Source: Clostridiales bacterium (GTDB lineage: Bacteria; Bacillota; Clostridia; Christensenellales; CAG-138). From it: a DNA stretch of 64,000 bases. The notes under the pieces are model-generated. The model saw nothing but the letters and a program-made list of their open reading frames with translations, had not been told where the DNA came from and ran no database searches. The DNA lies in contig SFIR01000001.1 in the NCBI GenBank assembly GCA_004556165.1, positions 66,336-130,335 of the forward strand, in the 5' to 3' direction. The position numbers and the translations under genes are program-made. Shown here piece by piece: positions 54,597 to 63,305 of this stretch. Position 1 is the stretch's first letter. Every line of letters begins with the position of its first letter.

Positions 54597-55316
54597 TTAT
54601 ATCAAACAAAAATACCTCTCAATAACCGCAGCAAGCCCATCGGCTTCCTTAGGAGCATACCTCGGAGATAGCGCAAGCGAAACAAAATCATAGGGGGCGT
54701 CGGCATGAAACTCCCGATAGTCCGAATACACCCTGAAGGGTACAGTGGGTTCGGGACCGTTCGTTTTTTCAAACAGCTTTGATACAAAGCTCTCAAGGTG
54801 AATGTAAGCATATTCTCCGTTCGGGCTTTTGAATGCAAACGAGGGAATATCGGGCCGTGACTTCGGATTTCGGATATTTTCAAGCGAACCGACCAAACGA
54901 AGAGCAATGGCAAAAAGAAGATAGTTGGCTTCATCAAGCTGCTGCATTTCATAGAATCTTCCGATATTCACGCGAAGCTCGGGAGGCATGGCAAGAACGG
55001 TGTTCAGGACAAAGCCGGGGCCCGGCTTTCCTATGCCGAGGTCGCTGTGCGCGTCAACATGGGTGACGTGGAAAGGGAAACTGAGTTTGCCGCCTGCTAT
55101 CAGCTCAAGCCAAAATCGAAGCGCGGAATCATGCGTCTCAAAAATACGCCCGGGGATGGGAGAAAATTGACTGAGTCCCAAGTTATCCTCAAGAAACCTA
55201 ACTACTTGCTCCTCACTCCATGGCTCGTGCCCAGCCGGCTCGGGCCGCTTGCCGATTTCCGCCAAAGGGCAGCAGTCTTTAAGAAAAAAGTCGAGATCGA
55301 TATCGAGAATACGCAT
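54597..55316 (-). CDS. UPF0489 family protein
   Basis: MRILDIDLDFF...HVDAHSDLG is the UPF0489 pattern. The ATG at 55316 follows GAGGT. Confidence 0.7.
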   Translation of the reverse strand: MRILDIDLDFFLKDCCPLAEIGKRPEPAGHEPWSEEQVVRFLEDNLGLSQFSPIPGRIFETHDSALRFWLELIAGGKLSFPFHVTHVDAHSDLGIGKPGPGFVLNTVLAMPPELRVNIGRFYEMQQLDEANYLLFAIALRLVGSLENIRNPKSRPDIPSFAFKSPNGEYAYIHLESFVSKLFEKTNGPEPTVPFRVYSDYREFHADAPYDFVSLALSPRYAPKEADGLAAVIERYFCLI

Positions 55317-55480
55317 TTGATACCTCATTGAATGGGAGAGTAAGGATGATTATAGCATTTTTCAAAAAAATGTAAAGATTTCTGTATAAATACATGATTT
55401 TTCCAACATTTACCTATTGAAAATGTGTCAAAACTGTGTTACCATATATTCCACCGCACTTAAAAGGAGGCAGAACAACC

Positions 55481-56683
55481 ATGAAAAAACGATTTATTGC
55501 TGTAATAGTAATGATAGCAGTAGTTGCATCCCTGATTATATCTGCCCAGGGCGCTGTTGCAGCCAACTATCCCGCTCCGCTTGAGACAAGCTTCGAGAAT
55601 ACCGGTGACATGCGCTATGATATCGTGCAGCGCGCATTATCGCAGGTAGGCTATGTCGAAGGTACAGGCAGCTGGAATGCTTTCGGCAACTATTTTGGCA
55701 ATCCGACAGGCTCTTGGTGCGCATACTTTGTCCAGTGGTGCGCTGTACAGGCAGGGGTACCGACATCTATTTTGCCGGAGAGCCGGGTCGGAAGGGTATC
55801 CGATTATTGGGAGACTGCTTCGGTCGAGCTCGAATTCCATCCCGTGAACGACTATGCTAACCCATATACGCCGCAGGCAGGGGATCTTGTGATTTACCGC
55901 GCAAATCGGACCTATTACGATACCGTCAACGGTACTATTCTGACATATCCGACGGCGAATACTATCGCATGCCGCTTCGGCAGGTCACAGAAGAACGGTG
56001 TTTACACTAACATCAGTCATATAGGCATTGTGGCGAGGGATGCGGCTTACCCTACGAATAACGGCAGTCAGATCAACTATGCCGGATTCAGCATGGTGGA
56101 CGGAAATTGGCACAAGTCCGTTGTGTCGAGATTCGAACTGTATGAGAATATCACCGGGTTTGTTGCAATCAAATATACTGAACCTGAAGACCAGCCCACA
56201 CCCACGCCTGCGCCCGAACCGTATGACCCGACAATACCGGGGAATCCTGAGATTTATGTCGGTCAGTGGCCGGTGCTCTCAAAGGGCAGCAGGGGGGAAA
56301 ATGTCGCGCTTCTCCAAACCATGCTGAATTATTATTTCGGAGCAGGTCTGGCAGTTGACGGCGAATTCGGAAGCGCAACGCAAAGAGCCGTAATCCGGTA
56401 TCAGCAGCAGAACCTGCTGAAGATGGACGGCATAGTGGGCCCTGCGACATGGAAAAAGCTGACAAGACTTGTCCAAACCACTGCAAACTATGATATCCGC
56501 ATCACCCGTCAGATCCAAAGCCTGCTCAATAATCGCTTTGGCATCGCAACTTCGGTTGACGGTATATACGGCCCGAGAACGGCAAATTCCGTCATGACGC
56601 TGCAGGCGATTACAGGCATAGCTAAGGATGGCAAGGTCGGGCCCGAAACCTGGCGGATACTTGTCTGTGCTTCAATGCAGTGA
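55481..56683 (+). CDS. secreted CHAP-domain peptidoglycan hydrolase with two PG_binding_1 repeats
   Basis: Signal peptide. CHAP active-site residues in GSWCAYFVQWCAVQAG ... SHIGIV. Two repeats of ..LAVDGEFGSATQRAV..DGIVGPATW.. type. Confidence 0.8.
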   Translation: MKKRFIAVIVMIAVVASLIISAQGAVAANYPAPLETSFENTGDMRYDIVQRALSQVGYVEGTGSWNAFGNYFGNPTGSWCAYFVQWCAVQAGVPTSILPESRVGRVSDYWETASVELEFHPVNDYANPYTPQAGDLVIYRANRTYYDTVNGTILTYPTANTIACRFGRSQKNGVYTNISHIGIVARDAAYPTNNGSQINYAGFSMVDGNWHKSVVSRFELYENITGFVAIKYTEPEDQPTPTPAPEPYDPTIPGNPEIYVGQWPVLSKGSRGENVALLQTMLNYYFGAGLAVDGEFGSATQRAVIRYQQQNLLKMDGIVGPATWKKLTRLVQTTANYDIRITRQIQSLLNNRFGIATSVDGIYGPRTANSVMTLQAITGIAKDGKVGPETWRILVCASMQ

Positions 56684-56866
56684 CCCTAAATATAACCGAA
56701 TATTTATATATTTATACGCAAGCTGATGCTTGCCGAAAAGTCCACAAATTCGTGGGCTTTTTCTGTGAAAAAGCGTATGCAGAATATGATTCCGTCATTG
56801 AATTAAAACGGCAAATGAACTATAATGATTACATAACTTTCCTATCCCCATTGCAAGGAGGCAAAA

Positions 56867-59077
56867 ATGAAGACGCTTTTGAAACTTAAACAACTGACAT
56901 GTTTTCTTCTCTCAGCTATGTTCATATTCATGATAGCGGGACCGATGGCTGAGGCGGAGCTCATCACAGCCGAAACAATGACGCTTGAACCCCTCGAAGC
57001 GGACGGAGTGACGATTACTCCCATCGAGATGGACGTGCTTGCCGATATTGAGTACGGCATAATAACCTTCCGTGAAACGAAGCAGCTTAGCTTTACTGCC
57101 TCTTTTGATGAGGGCTGGACCTATAATTCCACATATTCAACCTTTTTTCCGAATAATTCAGACAGGACGAGCATTTCGGATAACGCTGACGGAAGCAAGA
57201 CCTTTGTCTTTACTGCTGTGACGGGTGAAACCGTAACAGCGGATGATTTTAATTCCGTTGGCATCTATGCATCCGCTTCACAGCTTCCTAAGCTTGAGAT
57301 AAATATCGGTATTCCGTTTTCTCAGGTGACAAAGGAAACATGGGTTGATGCCGAATTCACTTTGACCATGGGAACAAAAAAGTTTTCAAGCGGTGATTAT
57401 TCCGGCACAGGCAGCATCAAGGGCAGAGGAAACACATCATGGGATCAGCCCAAGAAACCGTATTCGATCAAGCTATCGGAGAAAAAATCCCTTCTTGATA
57501 TACCCAAAACAAAAAAATATGCCATTGTTCCGGGATACTCCGATCAGTCACTGATGCGCAACTTTATCACATACAAGGCAGGACTGATGTTTAACGGCAT
57601 TGAGTATACTCCCAAATGCGAATTCGTTGAAGTGTATCTAAACGGTGTGTATAACGGTATCTATATTCTTGTTGAGCGTGTCGAAATAGAGGGCAGCAAA
57701 ATAGATATAGAAGAAGCCGGCCCGGAGGACCTGACCGGAGGTTATCTCATCGAAAAGGATATCGACGGAAAGATCGATTATGATGCGGATCAGTGGTTCA
57801 ATTGTCCCTATTGGGCAAATCAGTCGCAGGACTTTTTCGTTTTGAAGACACCGGAGCCCGATGATTCTGCTTTGCTTGAGCAGATGCTGGCTTACCTCGA
57901 AGATCATATGCAGAAGGTACATGATTCCATTATGGGTACGAGCGGAGAAAGCTATACCGATTATGTTGATGTGGATTCGTGGATAGACTTCATCCTTATG
58001 CAGGAGATTACCAAGAATATCGACGGCAATCTGAAAACGAGCTGCTATATGTATAAGCAGAGCGGAGACGATCATATTTATATGACCGCAATATGGGATT
58101 TCGACCTTGCATACGGTATTGCGAATTGGGATAATGCAAGCTACCAGCATAACGATTATTACGACTGCCCAAACGGTACGGGCGTTACGGGCTTTATGAC
58201 TATCAACAGCTCCTGCCCGTGGTTCGATCATCTCTATGATGATTACGAAGAGTTCAGAGAAGCGCTTATAGCAAAGTATAACGAGTACCGCGAAACAATG
58301 ATTCCTGCCATGCGCAATAATATCAACGCTCAGGCGGCATATCTCTCGGAGAATACTTCGAGAAACGATCAGAAGTGGGGCACGGACTTCGCTTACGGCG
58401 TCTCCGATCTTAAATCGTGGTTCAACGGACGCATAGATTGGCTTGACAGGCAATGGTATGAAGGCTATGAGGCTATCGACCTTGACCTTGCTATGAATGC
58501 CGACGGCGGAAATCTGCATTTTGAAACCGAAGGGAGCTATCCTTTCATCGGCACCGCTGTTGACGGAAGGCTTGCAGGCATGAGCGGAAATGCAGGAGCA
58601 GACAGCACCGGCTCGAGCGTTTCACTGACGCTTAATATGTATGCAGGTGAGACCCTGAGCTTTGAGTATAGGGTTAGCAGTGAACAAAACTACGATAAAT
58701 TCAAATTCTCAGTCAACGGCACAAAGAAATTCGAGTATTCCGGCGAGATAGCTTGGACGGATTATACCTTCACAGCTTCGGCGGACGGAAGCTATACCTT
58801 TATTTGGGAATTCACAAAGGATTATTCCGTGGCGAGCGGAAGCGACTGTGCATGGATTGATAATGTCAGCTATTCAGGTCAACATATAAGCTACCAACCG
58901 GGAGATGTCGATATGGACGGGCAGATCACGCTTCGTGATTCGATTCTTGTGACGAGATATGCGCTGGGGCTTATCGACCTGAGCGCCGAACAGCAATTGA
59001 TCGCCGATGTGAACGGCAGCGGTTCAGTTGATTCCGCTGATGCAATAATGATTGCAAGATGGGCATTGGATCTGTAA
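56867..59077 (+). CDS. CotH kinase-family protein with a C-terminal beta-sandwich module and a type-I dockerin
   Basis: Signal peptide. CotH-like core (..RGNTSWDQPKKPYSIKL..LMRNFITYK..). Dockerin at 58901-59074 with two Ca-loop repeats, DVDMDGQITLRDS and DVNGSGSVDSADA. Confidence 0.8.
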   Translation: MKTLLKLKQLTCFLLSAMFIFMIAGPMAEAELITAETMTLEPLEADGVTITPIEMDVLADIEYGIITFRETKQLSFTASFDEGWTYNSTYSTFFPNNSDRTSISDNADGSKTFVFTAVTGETVTADDFNSVGIYASASQLPKLEINIGIPFSQVTKETWVDAEFTLTMGTKKFSSGDYSGTGSIKGRGNTSWDQPKKPYSIKLSEKKSLLDIPKTKKYAIVPGYSDQSLMRNFITYKAGLMFNGIEYTPKCEFVEVYLNGVYNGIYILVERVEIEGSKIDIEEAGPEDLTGGYLIEKDIDGKIDYDADQWFNCPYWANQSQDFFVLKTPEPDDSALLEQMLAYLEDHMQKVHDSIMGTSGESYTDYVDVDSWIDFILMQEITKNIDGNLKTSCYMYKQSGDDHIYMTAIWDFDLAYGIANWDNASYQHNDYYDCPNGTGVTGFMTINSSCPWFDHLYDDYEEFREALIAKYNEYRETMIPAMRNNINAQAAYLSENTSRNDQKWGTDFAYGVSDLKSWFNGRIDWLDRQWYEGYEAIDLDLAMNADGGNLHFETEGSYPFIGTAVDGRLAGMSGNAGADSTGSSVSLTLNMYAGETLSFEYRVSSEQNYDKFKFSVNGTKKFEYSGEIAWTDYTFTASADGSYTFIWEFTKDYSVASGSDCAWIDNVSYSGQHISYQPGDVDMDGQITLRDSILVTRYALGLIDLSAEQQLIADVNGSGSVDSADAIMIARWALDL

Positions 59078-59098
59078 GCGAATCCGGTTTTTGAGCGA

Positions 59099-59129
59099 AA
59101 AGTGCCTCCGGGGAAACCGGGGGCACTTT
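59099..59129. terminator. bidirectional terminator
   Basis: AAAGTGCCTCCGG-GGAAA-CCGGGGGCACTTT. Confidence 0.65.
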
Positions 59130-59142
59130 GTGCGCTGCTGCT

Positions 59143-60144
59143 TTATTTCAGCTCTTTGAGCAATTCGAGGGCAAAGGAATTATCCACAAGCCTTGCAAAA
59201 TCAACTCTTGCCGCTAATTCCCCGTTGATCTCCATAATATCCTGAAGCCTTGTAAACGCATCCTCCGTCATCACCGGAGTTGTCATCCAAGAATCGGTTT
59301 CTCTGTAACTCTTTGCAACTATCTCCAGAGTCGTCTGATCTGCATCGGGAAAGAACGGAGCCATTGCAATTGCGATCTCCGTATCGGTGGCGTTCTGTAC
59401 CCAAGCCTGGGCTTTGATTATCGCCTTCAGGAATGATTTAACAAGCTCGGGATCGCTTTTTATCGTATCGGGCATTACCATGAAGGTCGTGTAAGGAACT
59501 TCGCCGGACTCAAGCCCGATATTTGCAACAACATATCCACTGCCGTTATTCTCAAACAGCGTTGCTGTGGGTTCAAACAGTGTAACATAATCACCGGTTC
59601 CGCCCTCAAAGGCTCCGCCCATCAGATTGAACTGAATATTATTGATGACTTCGACATCCACGCCGGGATTGAGACCATTTTTCATCAGCACATACATCAG
59701 CGTCATATACGGCATGCCGCCGACCCTGCCTCCGATAACGGATTTTCCGCGCAGATCCTCCCAAGAGAAATTATCCGTATCCTCTCTTGCGATAAGGAAA
59801 GAACCATCACGCTTTGTGAGCTGACCGATTATAACAGGATGATCACTTGCTCCTTCGTTGATTACATACACGCCGGTTTCGGGTCCCATAAGCGCAAATT
59901 CAGCGTCGCCTGCAATCAATGCGGTCATACTCTTGTCACTTCCGCCTCCGGTAACAATCTCAAGATCGATCCCCTCGGCTTCAAAGAAGCCGAGACTTAC
60001 AGCGGCATAGAGCGGTGCATAGAATACGGAGCGGGTGACCTCGTTTAACACCACGCGCCGGAGCTTGGTTTCATTGTTTTTGCAGCCTGAAAGCGGAATG
60101 ACGAACAATAAAACCGCAAGGAATATTGCCAGTATTCTCTTCAT
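59143..60144 (-). CDS. ABC transporter substrate-binding lipoprotein (NMT1/THI5, nitrate/sulfonate/bicarbonate-like)
   Basis: Lipobox IPLSGC. NMT1-like sequence. The ATG at 60144 follows AAGGAGG. Confidence 0.75.
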   Translation of the reverse strand: MKRILAIFLAVLLFVIPLSGCKNNETKLRRVVLNEVTRSVFYAPLYAAVSLGFFEAEGIDLEIVTGGGSDKSMTALIAGDAEFALMGPETGVYVINEGASDHPVIIGQLTKRDGSFLIAREDTDNFSWEDLRGKSVIGGRVGGMPYMTLMYVLMKNGLNPGVDVEVINNIQFNLMGGAFEGGTGDYVTLFEPTATLFENNGSGYVVANIGLESGEVPYTTFMVMPDTIKSDPELVKSFLKAIIKAQAWVQNATDTEIAIAMAPFFPDADQTTLEIVAKSYRETDSWMTTPVMTEDAFTRLQDIMEINGELAARVDFARLVDNSFALELLKELK

Positions 60145-60202
60145 AGTTAACCTCCTTTTTGTTATATTCAAATTACTATGCAGCAGCGTGCTTTTTTGCT
60201 AC

Positions 60203-60226
60203 AAAAAAAGCCGTCTGTTTGACGGC
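60203..60226 (-). terminator. rho-independent terminator after the zinc-ribbon gene
   Basis: The minus strand reads GCCGTC-AAACA-GACGGC followed by TTTTTTT. Confidence 0.7.
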
Positions 60227-60247
60227 AGGGGGGATAAACCTTTTGTG

Positions 60248-60703
60248 TCAACGCTTTAGACCGCATATCGGACAGAAGTTCTGATAATCCTCAAGCTCGC
60301 TTCCGCAGCCCTTGCATTGCTTGCTTTGTTCGGACTCAACGGTGACCGCGCATAGCTTTGCGCCGCAGTGAGGGCAGAAATTTGCTTCGCAGGTAACATT
60401 GGAGCCGCATTCGCAGCAGGTGAAGCATTCGCATTCGGAGGTGTGCTTCTCGGGTTTTGAGCTGCTCTTTTTTGAACAGCGCAGCTCTTCTATTTTGTCG
60501 TAAGCCGTTTTTATCTTCTCGCACAATGATGAGATGGTACCTTCAGGAGACAGACTTTCTCCGCAGTAGCTTTTCCACATAGCCTCGCCGAGTTCTTCTT
60601 TATACTCGACGATATCTCGTTCAATACTGTTGATCTTGAGCCCGATCTTCGCATTGTCGGCGAAGCCCTTTGCTTTATTCCCGACAGAATCAAAAATAGT
60701 CAT
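60248..60703 (-). CDS. zinc-ribbon domain protein (N-terminal helical region plus two C4 ribbons)
   Basis: CCECGSNV...FCPHCGAKL and CKGCGSEL...FCPICG. Confidence 0.7.
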   Translation of the reverse strand: MTIFDSVGNKAKGFADNAKIGLKINSIERDIVEYKEELGEAMWKSYCGESLSPEGTISSLCEKIKTAYDKIEELRCSKKSSSKPEKHTSECECFTCCECGSNVTCEANFCPHCGAKLCAVTVESEQSKQCKGCGSELEDYQNFCPICGLKR

Positions 60704-60803
60704 TTTATGCTCCTTTCAAAAAAATGCGCAGACAAGCTGCGCATCAAATCTGCATGGGGGCTGCCCATGGCTTCTCTATTCATATTTTATTACACCTATA
60801 ACA

Positions 60804-61214
60804 TTAATATACGCCGAGAACCTTACAAAAACCACTGACAACGGGCTCCAGTAAAGGAATCTTGAAGCGCTTGCCGCCGAGTGCAACCAATCCGCTGATT
60901 ATCGAGGCCAAGCAGAGGATTGCGCGAATTACCCAGTCAACCACACGGAAGAATCCGATGCTTCCGAGTATTGCGCAGAACAGCAGCCATGATACGAATG
61001 ATGCAGCCCAGAGAATAAATATCTGAACCATGCATTCCCTTACCAGCGTGTTTGAATCAAAGAAGAAGAGAAGAATGACAAGAACCAACATAATAGGCAG
61101 GAACCAGGCCCATAATGAGTTCAGTATGCCTGAAACAGCATTCAGAAAGAAGAAAACAGCGGCAAGCACGCCGGCACTGACGCCGTTCAGCAAATGTGAA
61201 TTCTTGTTGCTCAT
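60804..61214 (-). CDS. hypothetical membrane protein (4 TM)
   Basis: An ORF with four hydrophobic segments. No family recognised. Confidence 0.55.
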   Translation of the reverse strand: MSNKNSHLLNGVSAGVLAAVFFFLNAVSGILNSLWAWFLPIMLVLVILLFFFDSNTLVRECMVQIFILWAASFVSWLLFCAILGSIGFFRVVDWVIRAILCLASIISGLVALGGKRFKIPLLEPVVSGFCKVLGVY

Positions 61215-61451
61215 AATAAACCTCCGAAAGTTTTTATCGAATATTGTTCAGACCTTCGATATTGTAATTATATTTTATTCTAAAATGAATTGCAAGTGCA
61301 TATCATGTTATTTTTGTTAAATTTTGGGAGATTTGCCATAATTCAGACATAATATATACATACAATTTCATGTTTTAATGCCGCGCCCGTTGTGGTATAA
61401 TAATTTATCTTTTAGACTCATATCGGCTGAAGCTGATAGAAACCTCTTTGG

Positions 61452-62249
61452 ATGGTACCGAATTTGAGCAAGAATAAGAACACTATCATAAGGACCCTTA
61501 TCACCATTGCTTTAGCCGCACTGGTCTGTTTGCTCATCTATATTTCTCTGAAAAGCGTGCTTCCGGGATTTATCGAAGTGCTCGTTAACGGCGATAACCA
61601 AGAGCTGCAGCTTTACCTTGAGAGCTATGAGACATTTACGGCGTACCTGATCGCATTTTTACTGCAATTTATTCAAATAATCACAATCTTTCTTCCGAGC
61701 GTGCCGATTCAGCTTGCAGTCGGATTCATGTTCGGAACGTGGAAGGGCTTTTTAATCTGTTATCTCGGCTATGTGAGCGCAAATGCCGTGGTATTCCTTT
61801 CCGGGAGATTGCTGTCGGGAAGCCTTGATAAAGTGCTTCCGTCGTCAAGCAGCACAAAGAATACAAAGAAAGCAAATAAACTCATAAATTCCAAGTATCC
61901 TGCTTTCATGGTTTTCATTGCTTCGATCCTTCCGATAATTCCGAACGGCTTGATACCGCATGCAGCGTCTAAGACGAAAACAAAATTTGCTTCCTTCATG
62001 CTTGCTGTCGGCATCGGCTGTATTCCGACCGTGTTCACGCTTTGTGCAATCGGGGATCAGCTTAACAGCTATGATTTCCTGACGGCGGCTTTATTATGCC
62101 TGCCGCTGTTTGCGCTCGCAGCAATACTGTTTTGGCAGCAAAAGAATATTATCAGGCTTTATGAAAAGCTTCGTGATAAGCTGATTAAGAAAACTTCGCC
62201 TGATGAACATACCGCCGATAACGAAACGGAAAAAAGAGAAAACGACTGA
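61452..62249 (+). CDS. TVP38/TMEM64 (DedA-superfamily) membrane protein
   Basis: ..FLPSVPIQLAVGFMFGTWKGFLICYLGYVSANAVVFLSGR.. Confidence 0.75.
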   Translation: MVPNLSKNKNTIIRTLITIALAALVCLLIYISLKSVLPGFIEVLVNGDNQELQLYLESYETFTAYLIAFLLQFIQIITIFLPSVPIQLAVGFMFGTWKGFLICYLGYVSANAVVFLSGRLLSGSLDKVLPSSSSTKNTKKANKLINSKYPAFMVFIASILPIIPNGLIPHAASKTKTKFASFMLAVGIGCIPTVFTLCAIGDQLNSYDFLTAALLCLPLFALAAILFWQQKNIIRLYEKLRDKLIKKTSPDEHTADNETEKREND

Positions 62250-62306
62250 TACAGAATGAAAATGCCTCCGCTGATGCAATATCGGCGGAGGCTGTTGATC
62301 TTATAA

Positions 62307-63305
62307 TTATCGCATGAGACGGACATTCTCGGTCTGAATCCATTGAAGCTTCGAAGTGCGTGGCGCCATGAGCCGCGAAGCAAAACGCTCGCCGTAGCGG
62401 CTTGATATGGTCTCGGCTCTTATCTGCTGCTTATCGGCAGAATCGCTGCGATTTCCCATATCTGCAATGGCAAGATTGCTCGCAATGATAGTGGCCTTGT
62501 TCTGGTCCTGACGGCGGCAGAGTATTGAGAGCAGAGTTTCTATTGTTATATTGTTAATCATCGGTTCGGTGCCGAGATCGTCAATGATTAGAAGGTCGGG
62601 CAGAATGAAATCGGGCTTTTCGCTTTCATCGGCTCTTAGTGTCTGCATAGTAATATCTATGAGCCGCCCGGCACTTATTTTCAACACGGAATAACCTCTT
62701 GTTAAGAGTCTGCACCCGATGCAGTTGATAAGATAGGTTTTGCCGACACCGGTCATACCGTAATAAACAAGATCGCGTTTTTCATTATCGGGGAAATTGT
62801 CAGCATATGCGATGGCAGCATCACGGATACGAGCCATTGCGCTGCGGTTTGCAGGAGACCGCTGCAGGCTGAGATCGAAATTTTCAAAGCTTGCATTTGG
62901 GTCAATGCCTGAATCCTCGAATACCGTGTCGATAGCGAGCTGATATACGCAGCGGCAGAGCTCTCCGCCTATACGGCCGGTATCCCGGCATTCGCTGCAG
63001 ACGTATTGAGGCTCAAGATAATCCGCAGGGTAACCGTTCGACTCTAAAAGCTGAGTGCGCTCCGCTTCATGGGAGGCAATAAGGCTGCTTGCAGCATAAA
63101 GAATACCGTCTTGCTCCTCACCGCTGAGAATTCTTTTGCCGAAATCAAATGCAAGAGAACGGCTGTCACGGTCGAGCGATGCAATAACGGGTATTTTTGT
63201 ATAGATTTCTTCACGGCGCCGAGCTTCGAGCTGCTTCATTCTGCGATGCCTCGAAGCCATCTCATCACTCAGCACACGGCTGAAAACTGCGGACTTAATC
63301 TTCAT
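62307..63305 (-). CDS. DnaC/DnaI-family replicative helicase loader ATPase
   Basis: N-terminal Zn motif CSECRDTGRIGGELCRC. Walker A GMTGVGKTY, Walker B LLIIDDLG. The ATG at 63305 lies 6 nt after GGGGAGG. Confidence 0.85.
   Translation of the reverse strand: MKIKSAVFSRVLSDEMASRHRRMKQLEARRREEIYTKIPVIASLDRDSRSLAFDFGKRILSGEEQDGILYAASSLIASHEAERTQLLESNGYPADYLEPQYVCSECRDTGRIGGELCRCVYQLAIDTVFEDSGIDPNASFENFDLSLQRSPANRSAMARIRDAAIAYADNFPDNEKRDLVYYGMTGVGKTYLINCIGCRLLTRGYSVLKISAGRLIDITMQTLRADESEKPDFILPDLLIIDDLGTEPMINNITIETLLSILCRRQDQNKATIIASNLAIADMGNRSDSADKQQIRAETISSRYGERFASRLMAPRTSKLQWIQTENVRLMR

Noticed and set aside
57638-58519. 293-aa minus-strand ORF inside the CotH gene; similar cases at 17290..18111, 37743..38477, 44419..45090, 46392..46985, 47733..48260, 30661..31227 and 53679..54383
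   Set aside because: All are antisense to genes with strong family signatures. None has an RBS or a recognisable motif.
60145-60247. TPP (THI-box) riboswitch upstream of the NMT1/THI5-like binding protein
   Set aside because: The leader is only ~60 nt once the upstream gene's terminator is taken out. It lacks the CTGAGA...ACCTGATCTGGATAATGCCAGCG-type core.
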